NCBI GenBank assembly: GCA_043228905.1
Contig: JBHGNT010000011.1
Coordinates: forward strand, 7,502,001-7,566,000
DNA: 64,000 nt
Direction: 5' to 3'
Source: Azolla caroliniana
Taxonomy: Eukaryota; Plantae; Polypodiophyta
The notes under the pieces were generated by a model. The model was not told the origin of the DNA, searched no databases, and saw nothing but the letters and a program-made list of their open reading frames with translations. Positions 1 through 9,240 of this stretch are shown one piece after another. Position 1 is the stretch's first letter. Each line of letters opens with the position of its first letter. The position numbers and the translations under genes are program-made.

Positions 1-507
1 TGCCTCCGTTTCGGCTCCGGTAAACCCGAACTGGACGGCTTCACCGATTCGGATATGTCGGCTGATGCAGATACCAGCCGGTCCACATCAGGGTATGTGA
101 TGACGTATGCAGGGGGAGCTGTTTCATGGCAGTCGAGGCTGCAGAAGACGGTTGCGTTGTCAACCACGGAGGCGGAGTACATGGTGGCTGTTGAAGCCAG
201 CAAGGAAATAATATGGATGAAGGACTTCATTAGAGAGCTCGGTATCCGGCAAGAGGAGTACCGACTCTACTGCGACAGTCAGAGTGCAATCCACCTTGCG
301 AAGAACGCGGCCTATCACACACGGACGAAGCACATCCAGCGAAGATATCACTGGATCCGGGAAAGGATAGAAGACAAGGAGTTCGTGCTGACGAAGATCC
401 ACACGGACGAGAACGGGTCGGATATGCTGACCAAGGTGCTCACACCCGACAAGCTGGAAGCATGCCGGAAGAGGATCGGATTGGAGAGACATCCCATGCC
501 GAAGTGA
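1..507 (+). mobile_element. Ty1/copia (Tnt1/Tork-like) pol 3' end: RNase H
   Basis: ORF 55-507 carries copia RNase H motifs (RSTSGY, VSWQSRLQKTVALSTTEAEY, YCDSQSAIHLAKN, RTKHI, DMLTK) and is followed directly by the PPT AAGGGGGAG. Confidence 0.95.
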
Positions 508-517
508 AGGGGGAGTT

Positions 518-1124
518 TGTTGGGATTACGGTCCCTTCGGATGGGATGGTCGGATGTCGGAGATGAATGCCGACAAGCCCGGTTTCGGTTCGGAACCGGA
601 TGATGAAGACCCCGATTTCGGAGCCGGATGACGAATGTACCCGGAGAGAGATCCGGATGCGGGGACATATCTGTGAATATGTTTGCCAAGGGCCTTTAAG
701 GCTATAGTTGTAAATAGCCCTAAAGTCATATGTGTATAAATATGACTTAGGGCAAACAGTTTTGTTGTTGCTACTTATTTTTCTGTTTTTCCACTCAAGA
801 GGAGTGAAGGGAGAGAGAGCAGCCGTGAGAGAGATAGAGCGTGAGAAAGGAAGAGGTCGACGCCTCTGTGTAATCCCGCCGCCTGTGGCGAGGACAGCGA
901 GCTCAAGGTCGTCGCCTTGCAGCTCGCCGTTGTACATTTCTCTGTGCATAGTTTTGGTTTGGAGTCTTGTACTCCCGTGGGTTTTTCCCGTACAGGGTTT
1001 TCCACGTTAAATCGTGTGTCCACTCTATTTTTCGCATTTCCCCTTTTTTCTGCAACAACGATTCGTGCGTTCCCTTGGTTGTGGCCAAGAGGTGAAGTTT
1101 GGAAAGTGTGATTAATTTCCATCA
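518..1124 (+). repeat. 3' LTR of the Tnt1-like copia element
   Basis: Starts TGTTGGGA just after the PPT, ends TTCCATCA, contains TATAAATA near 736; a different element's sequence begins after it. Confidence 0.8.
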
Positions 1125-4015
1125 CCTCCAGATGGGAAGGGAGAAGAACAATTCTTCCTCCATAGCGGCGCGCCAATTTGCGTCCTTGGCCGCTTCTACG
1201 TAGCTCTCCGGCTCACGCACTTCCGCAACCTTAGTCATGTACGCATAGTGATGCGCCATGTACTCATTGTACCCATACCGCTTGACGGGATTCTTCTAGC
1301 GGGTGGAACGACGTAACTCACCGTGACCCGGTTTGAGGCCCTTCTTGGCCGGTTCGGTCTTCGTTGCCGAAGATCCGCCATTCTCCTTGTCGGAGTTGGA
1401 TATACACCAATCCGACTCATCGTTGCCAGTTTCGAATTCCGGCATCTTCTTCTTCCCCTTCTCTTTGGGCGTGAACCGTCTCCTCGGTTCCTTGCGCAGG
1501 GAGTGCACGACAGAGTCTCCACTACTCGCCGGTTCCTCATCGGACTGGTCAGATTGACTCAGCCTCTCGTTCAGTCCACTCAACCGGAACGATTCCGGAC
1601 TCTCATCCCGAGTCCACGCTTCATCATCTTCTACCTGGGCCGGTTCAGGCTCACTAGCCTCATCCTCCGGCATCGGGTCAGATTTGGAAGCCGGAATCAG
1701 TAAGGAGTACCATGATGCCGATTCATCAAACTCGACATCTTGACTAACTCGGACCTACCTTGTCCAGGGGTTATAACACTTATAGCCGACTAGGAGGCAT
1801 TTTTCCGATTTTGCATCCAGCTTCCTCCGCTTCTCATCCAGTACATGCACATATGCAATGCTACCGAGGATCTTGAGGTGTCTCAAATTCGGCTTCCGCC
1901 CAAAATACAGCTCGTGAGCTGACAGCTTGTCACCGATCTAGTTCTGGATGTAGACAATCATTCAGACTACCTTCGCCTAGTAGAATTTGGGCATGCTCTT
2001 CTCCTCCAACATTGCCCTTGCCACATCTATAAGCGATCGGTTCTTCCTTTCAGCAACACCGTTCTGTTGCAGTGTGTATCTGCAGTTGAACGCTCGTCGA
2101 ATTCCTGTTTGCTGCAAATAACTGTTGAATTGGCCGGAAAAGTATTCTTTCCCACCATCCGACCGTAGGCATTTGATCTTTCTCTCCAATTCCCGTTCCA
2201 CCATGCTTTGGAGACTCCGGAAACACTCGAAGACTTCACTCTTCCGCTCGATGAGGTAGATCCATGTGTGCCACATATAGTCGTCAATGAAGGAGACGAA
2301 AGATCGACTCCCGCCAACACTAACATTCTGTGTTGGTCCCCACACATCCGAATGGATAAGGTCGAGCTTGTTACGGCTCCAGTTACGTTCGGTCGGGAAT
2401 GGAAGCTGGTGTTGCTTCCCGAGTTGGCAGGCTTCACATACATGGGCCTTCCGGCCACTGAACTTCGGCAAACCGAAAACAACTTGTTTCGTTTGCAGGT
2501 CTTGAAGCCTCCGGTAATTGACGTGGCCTATCAACTTGTGCCACAGGTCGATGTCTGATTCGACCTTCTGTCCTTTTGCAAACAGAGCGGTGCCGATGTC
2601 ATTGGTGTCGAGGATAAACATCCTCCCGTCTTTGCGCCCTTGCGCAATAACCTGGCCCTCTTCCTCGATGAAGCACCCGAGGTGCGTAAACCGCACCTAC
2701 ATCCCCTGGTCGACGATCTGTTCGACCGACACTAGGTTCTTCGTGATTGTCGGAATGTGTAATACATTCATCAGCTTCCCCTTCTGCCCGACGTGGCTCA
2801 AAGGGACTTCTCCGACGTGCACGATTGGGTGAGGAGTGTCGTCTCCGGTTTCGACTACTCCTAGTTGATCTGGTTTCTCCAAAAAGGAGAACCACTCTTT
2901 GTGGCTCGTCATGTTGTTCGACGCACCAAAATCAACATACCACACTTCCTCCGATTTGGAAGTGTTCTTCTTCATCGAGTTTGCCTTGTGCTTCATTACC
3001 AAGGCTGGCCCGTTACCATTCTTGGATCCTCCCGATCCCTTCGCGTAGTGCGAGCTTTGCCGGCCATCCTTGCTGGCCTTGCCGGGTCCGGATTTGTCCA
3101 AATCGGCGCGCTTTCTCCAGCACTCGCTTTCTCTATGGCCCTTCTTGCCACAGTACCAACATTCCGTTGCATATTTTTCTTGCCGGCCTTCGGCACTGCC
3201 TTGACTCCCCCTGCTTGTGGAAGTCTCAGAACTGATGTTAGTACGTGCTCTGTGCCTTCGTTCTTGCTCTTGCCGGCCGCCTCCATTGCTTGCCGACCCG
3301 CCTCGTCCACCATGCCCACGGGATCGATCCGCCTCCGAGTACAACATCCGGTTGTCAGTGGGTGCGCTAGTTGACGCACCGGTGGTTCTCCTCTACAAGG
3401 AGCATCGACTGTAAGTCGAAAAATGACGGCGTATTCTCCCTTGTACACACCGCCGTTCGGAACGCTCTGAACTTAGACGCCAGGCCCCCAAGAGAGACCT
3501 GGACCATCTCGTCTTCCTCTACGGTAAAGTTGATAGAGGCAAGCGAGTCACAGATCTCTTTGATCCGGGCCGTGTAATCCGCCACCGATATGTCCTTCTG
3601 TCGGACATTGCTCAACTCCTGTCGGAGTTGCAGCTTTCGGGCTATAGTGCTCGCAGCGAAAACCTTCTTCAAGTTCCCCCAAGCCTCCTTCGGCGTCTTG
3701 GCGTCTCGCATGTGGCTCAACAACTGGTCTCCGACACTGGACGCAAAGCAGTACATCACTCTACTTGCCGATTGTTCCCACACTGGGAAGTTGTGCTGTT
3801 TCGTTGGCTCCTTCGACGAAACTCCAGTAACCATGCCCAAGCAGGTACTGGTGCATCTTATACGACCAAGATGCATAGTTGGATCTGTCGAGTTTCTCCA
3901 CAGGGAGTGAGCTAGCAAGCCCTCTATCCATCACTTCTCTATCTGCTGTTTTACGACCTGTTAGGGTTTGCTTTCAAGCGTTTGTCGGCTGTAGAGGAGG
4001 TTCTCAACCCTCGCA

Positions 4016-4026
4016 CTCTGATACCA
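4016..4026 (-). promoter_or_regulatory. Primer-binding site (tRNA-iMet)
   Basis: CTCTGATACCA = reverse complement of TGGTATCAGAG, abutting the LTR. Confidence 0.9.
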
Positions 4027-4439
4027 TGTAAATGATTACTTGGGGAACCGTTAGAAAACAGAGAAATTAGGGAATACATAGGTACACGGGAGAGACAGAG
4101 AGAGTAGAATGTAAAATCTATATTCAAAATGATATAATCACTCTGTCACTTATAACTGTGCTCAATAGCACTATTTATACAAGTCCTCATGGGACTGACA
4201 GAAGTACCGCGTACTTCAATGCTCACACGAGCTTCTAACACTTACTACGAGACTATAATTGCCTAGTAGTCTAAACTAATACTAGGCTTCCAGTTACCGA
4301 TTGGATCCGGCTAACCGGCTCGCCAGCTCACCGGCTCTGTTGCTTGTCAGCTCGGTTGCTCACGGCTTACCGATCCGTCTCGCTTGCCGGCTCAGGCTTA
4401 TTCAGTCGATCCGGCTCCAGTTGAGCTTGCTGCTCAACA
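4027..4439 (-). repeat. 5' LTR of copia family A copy 1
   Basis: TG...CA ends; clearly similar to the LTRs at 48896-49326, 54293-54739 and 57057-57581. Confidence 0.88.
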
Positions 4440-4559
4440 GGTGTGACACATGTTGCTTCTCCTCACAATCCACACACTCTTCTTTCTTGTGGGGTCTTGT
4501 GATTGCTCAGACTATTTGTTCCCCGTGCTTCAATAGTCCGCTCTAAAAATCCGAAGATT

Positions 4560-5780
4560 CGCCTCTGAGATTATCTCGATTCCTTTCATGATTGGCTCGC
4601 ACCGTTAGGAATTGGACCGATCTTTGGTTGTCAAGACTCTTTATTCATGTGAAGGTTGCTCCATTATCAAACACTTTGGTCTCCATCCGAGATGATGTGA
4701 TATACGGTTGTCCTAGGATGACAGGATGCGACGCCGATTCTTGCACGAAGAAGTGTTGTCTTCTATGTTGTCATCTATGTACACGATATTTTGTCAGATC
4801 GCCTCTCGAAGGCTCGCGCAATCCCTTCTCATGTGGTCCATGCTATCGCACCACACGCATCTAAAGGGTTCTTTTCCTTTGGGCCCCCGACGATTCATGC
4901 TGGTCTTCGCTAGCTCTTCAATAATGTTGTCATCAATCTTCCTTTCTTCCAGGCTGCTTTGTTTGGGCAGCTCAACTACTTTCGGTTGTCTTGTTTTCTC
5001 CGCAACAATCGATCCCACCAAGTTGGTGTCATCAACCCATTGGCGACGCTTGTCAAGCCTATTGCATGTCCACTTCACCGCGATCCAATCCACTATGAGC
5101 CCATTTGCTTAGGTATCGTCTTCGAGTAGAGTCCCCAACTCCCGTCTATCCTTCATGTCCATGGCCTTCAAGAAGTATAAAGTCTTGTCCTCTTCAAGCA
5201 ACACTTGATCCGTGCTAGGGAGACGACGAAACATCTAGTCGAATTCGTCGTACACCCTCGAGGCGCTCATCTTCTTATTCTTCTTCTTTATCCACTTCAT
5301 CAGGGCATGTCGAGTCATCCTCGTTGGGTCTTCAGTCGTGAACTCCACTAGTATCGTTTTCTCGAACTCGGACCATGTTGTCTTACCTTCTTGCAGTTCG
5401 ATGACGCGTCTTTGGACGTTGTTAGTGACAACTCTCTTGAAGCTTGCAATTTGACGTGCTTCGGACACGTCCCTCTGATTCATCTCCCTTCTATATGTAT
5501 CAAGGACCTTCGTAACATTCCTTCCATCAAATTGACCTTCGAGCTCTACGACACGGTCAACGGTCTTCTCCACGCTCGCATCGTTGTCTCGAGATCTCAT
5601 CATTTGTTCGACGATTAACATCATCCTTTCGAGCTCTCCCACTTGGTTGCTTGAGGACGCCATCTCCAAGTATTAATCTCGGCTTGATCCTTCCGATCGC
5701 CTCTTTCATGTCAGGTTCACCGCTTAATTATATTGTGAAGATCCGTCACTACGCACGGATCGTGAGGCGGAACCGCCGGG
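4560..5780 (-). mobile_element. Ty3/gypsy gag fragment (family B), decayed
   Basis: GQFDGRNVTKVLDTYRREMNQRDV plus knuckle CVWCDSMDHMRRDC; homologous to the gag at 13451 (GRFNEKDVTSYLEAYKAEM). Confidence 0.75.
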
Positions 5781-6320
5781 GTTCTGGACCGGAAGGATTC
5801 GATGTTAGCACAAGTTTTAGCGAGAAAGGAATTAAGATAGGTTGAAAGAGAGAGAGATTGAGAAAAGATAGAACGCTTGATTTTAGATTGAGAGAGAGAT
5901 TAAGAACTCTTGACTTTAGATTTCAAAAACAAGTTACACGATCCATTCGATAACAAATTTTCTTCTTCTTAATTTCATAACCAAAAGAGCCTAACCCTTC
6001 TTCTTTTTCATCCCTCCTTTTATAGATGTTCTCATGCATATGATGCATGAGAGGGTACAAGACATGCATAAAATGCATGTTTTCCATTTGGCGCTCATGT
6101 AATACATGTGGTGCATGATAACCATGTCACTCATTTTAGCTCTCATGTATGTGAATTTACATGTAAAAGTACAATGATAGAAATATAAATTCAACTAAAT
6201 GTCATGGCTTAGTGGTAAGCTTACTAACTCTTAACTAGGAGGTGCAAGGTTCGAATCCTTACTTGCCCTCCTTGTATATATATATGTGATATATATTAAT
6301 TTATTTACTAATTTGGTCGT
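5781..6320 (-). repeat. Probable LTR of gypsy family B (right boundary uncertain)
   Basis: Left edge GTTCTGGACC resembles the reverse complement of the LTR end at 13160; reversed TATA (CCTTTTATAG); same layout as 17101-17850. Confidence 0.5.
6198..6269 (+). pseudogene. tRNA-Lys(CTT)-like module (tRNA-derived, acceptor stem lost)
   Basis: A-box TGGCTTAGTGG, D stem GCTT/AAGC, 7-nt loop CTCTTAA, 5-nt variable loop AGGTG, T arm AAGG-TTCGAAT-CCTT; acceptor stem does not pair. Confidence 0.6.
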
Positions 6321-6833
6321 CGGATGCTGCCGGTTTCCATCGGTTGCCACCGTCGCCGGATGCCGGATTCCGCCTCGCTGGATCACCGGCTCCGTGATCC
6401 GGCTCCGCCACCGCCTCGCCGGCGCATGGCGATCGCCGGTTACCATCCAATTCCGTTTTGGTTGGCCAAAACCTTTATAAGTGGCTAGGCCACCTCCACT
6501 CTTAGTTCAAGTTACCTTGACCTCTCTATGCTCCACACATAGACGCAAAGATAATAACTTTTGCTCTACGTTATATATATTAAGAGCCTTATTCGTCCTA
6601 TCTATGTGGGATATCTCACAATTTTCTCTTTTTCTTTTGCAACTTCTTACCCACATAAGTTGACACTTAGATGTCCGTTTCTTATGTAGTAAAGTCCATC
6701 TCTTTAAGATCTTCGTCTTTTGTACTAAGATATTAAACTTACTTAGAATTAGTATATTCACTATTATTGTTTTATATGATTGACACTTGATTTCGTACGT
6801 CTTATGTGATTTTCACACCATTGTCAAAAATCT

Positions 6834-8597
6834 TCATGACACCGCATATTTCCTTATTGGTGCTTTAATGGGTAATAAGGAGGCTTTCTTCAAATTAACA
6901 TGACCTTGAATATATGGCCTCAGTGTTGTTATTAAGTTACTGCTTGTCTCAATAGCATGTCTGAAGGATTCTAGCTTGCATGAATCCTTCAACAAGTAGT
7001 CTTCGGAGACCATCATCTATCAGACTCCTTTTGTATAGTTGACTAATACAATCAAATTAGTTGAGTCCGCATCTTCATAGTCCAGCCGCTGCACCATCTT
7101 GAGCAAGCATACCATGTCCAGCCAGTCTGGTAACTAATAGTACTACTTTCTTTTTCGAGTCTACATATTGCATTGCCCACTCATATCCAGTTAAGTCTAT
7201 GTCTAACTAGTCCTCACTTCCTCCAACCGCGGCATATGTTTTCTGACTAACCTCGTCAGACGGTTGCCTCACGACTTAGTCTTCAAACATGAGTTTCTTT
7301 CCCTTTTGTGGATATGTCACAACAGGGATCTTTGTGTTGTCTGGAGGTGAGCTTTAATACTTAATCTGAATTCTGTTGAGTGGCCTCTCCTCCTTAGGGT
7401 CAGTCGACCTGCATGATATAATACAACAGATGAACCTAAACCTATAATCTCTCAAATTAAAATGTATTGTAGTCTAGAAAATGCGATAACAAAAAATAGT
7501 TTGGCCTTATGAAGCTCTTGCCTAACCAATAGTGTAGTGGAGAAAGTTTTGTATGGGGTGTCAAATTATATATAGTATGCAGATTGGTAGTATGGAACGC
7601 TAAATTAGCAATCCAATATAGTTATGGATTTGAAACCTGGGGACTGGACAGAGGAAAATGTATATTTAACGTCTCATAGTCCACCAGACACTAAAATTAG
7701 TAAGATTTTGGTATCCCCAACAGTACCTAAATATCAACTTTATTGACCCAATTTGACCGTATTTTGACCTAATTTAGAAGTTTTGAACCTATTTTTACTA
7801 CTTATTTTTGGTCTAATGTGTGTTATGACCCCCAACTCGATACTACATATCGAGTTTAGCCTGGGAGCCACAACTCGATATGCCGTATCAAGTTAAGACC
7901 CCCGCGTATTGAGTTTTAGCACTGGGAGCCACAACTCGATACGGCGTATCAAGTTAAGACGCCTCGATACGCCATATCGAGTTTTAGCCATGGGAGCTAC
8001 AAATCGATACGCCATATCGAGTTAAGACCCTCGTGTATTGAGTTTTAGCATTGGGAGCCACAACTCGATATGTCGTATCGAGCCATAATGAGTTGGGAGG
8101 CATAACTCGATACGACGTATCAAGTTATGTCCCCCAACTCGATACGAAGTATTGAGTTATGTCACCCACCTCGATACGGCGTATCGAGTTATGTCCCCCA
8201 ACTCGATACGGCGTAACGAGTTATGTCCCCCAACTCGATACATCGTATCGAGTTGTAGCCCTATGAGCCACAACTCGATACGACGTATCGAGTTATGTCC
8301 CCCAACTCGATACGACGTATCGAGTTATGTCCCCCAACTCGATACGACGTATTGAGTTGTGACACCTAGGGCAACAACTCAATACAGCGTATCGAGTTGG
8401 GGGACATAACTCAATACGCCGTATCGCATTATCTCTCCGAACTTGTTACGACGTATCTAGTTCTAGCCTTAGGAGCCACTAGATACGAACGTAACGAGTT
8501 CTAATACGAAATATAAAGCACGTAGAGTCATATGTCCGTACAGTTTAGGGTTTAGATCCTACCTAATGTCAGAACGGGCAGTCTTTTTGCTCGACAT
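6834..8597 (-). pseudogene. Putative two-exon gene of unknown function divergent from the transposase (exon 1 8597-8563, exon 2 7408-~6834)
   Basis: ATG at 8597, donor AG|GTAGGA, acceptor TGCAG|G, phase-compatible join (MSSKKTARSDIR-STDPKEERPLN...); five internal stops each one C>T change from a sense codon, one further stop near the frameshift, and one frameshift near 7140. Confidence 0.45.
7830..8500. repeat. Array of ~18 (plus 2 half) copies of the 23-bp palindrome AACTCGATACG-N-CGTATCGAGTT
   Basis: Read directly; linkers recur (ATGTCCCCC giving a 32-bp period, TTAGC(C/A)..GGGAGCCAC, AAGACCC). Confidence 0.95.
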
Positions 8598-9240
8598 GAT
8601 GATCGTGTCGGTTCAGGGATGCATGAGGTATCTTGGGAGTTCTCGCATCTGTGATTTGGCGTTCTGGAGAGTGGTTATGCTCAACTGTGGGGAATGAAAA
8701 AGAGAGGTCGGTTCTATTTATGGGAGGGGAAGGGTCCATAGTTAACAAAGTAACCACGGTTAGAATTAAATGCCAATAGTGCCTTTAGTTATTTATCTTA
8801 GAATTTGTATTTATTATTATCATAACATAATGATTATCTTTATACTTTATGTGTAATATGATCATTATGATCTAGTAGTTATGATTTCATACTTATGTGT
8901 ATTATGATTTAGTACCTATTATGATCTAGTACTTATTATGATTTAATACATGTGCAAGGTTAGTCCAATGATTGAGTATAATTATCTACATTTATGGTAG
9001 TCTAATGATTTTGATTTTGAGAACATTCACTAATTGGGTGAGGATAGTGGTATTATGCAATTATGTCACATGGACACGTGATCAATTTTTATTTATAACT
9101 AATAAAAATATAGAAAAAATTATATAATAAAATATACAAAATACATATATATTTCCTTAGAATTCTATTTGTAGTTTAAGTATGTCTTACAATTTGTATG
9201 CTTAGGGAGTGAAAGATAAAGGATATTAGAACCTCAAACA

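Larger units (their letters stand above)
1125..4439 (-). mobile_element. Ty1/copia family A, copy 1 (5' LTR, gag, protease, integrase; interrupted at the start of RT)
   Basis: gag 3367-3918, zinc knuckle CWYCGKKGHRESEC, protease WYVDFGAS, integrase LIHSDVWGP...CLRSDGGKEY...NGVAERKNR; several stops and frameshifts. Confidence 0.93.

Noticed and set aside
6198-6269. Functional tRNA-Lys gene
   Set aside because: The acceptor stem cannot pair and the anticodon stem has two mismatches; kept only as a tRNA-derived module
8152-8355. 67-aa ORF within the palindrome array
   Set aside because: A translation by-product of the tandem repeat
7830-8500. CRISPR array (palindromic repeats with spacers)
   Set aside because: The linkers are short (about 6-18 bp) and reused rather than unique, there are no cas genes, and the context is eukaryotic with spliceosomal introns
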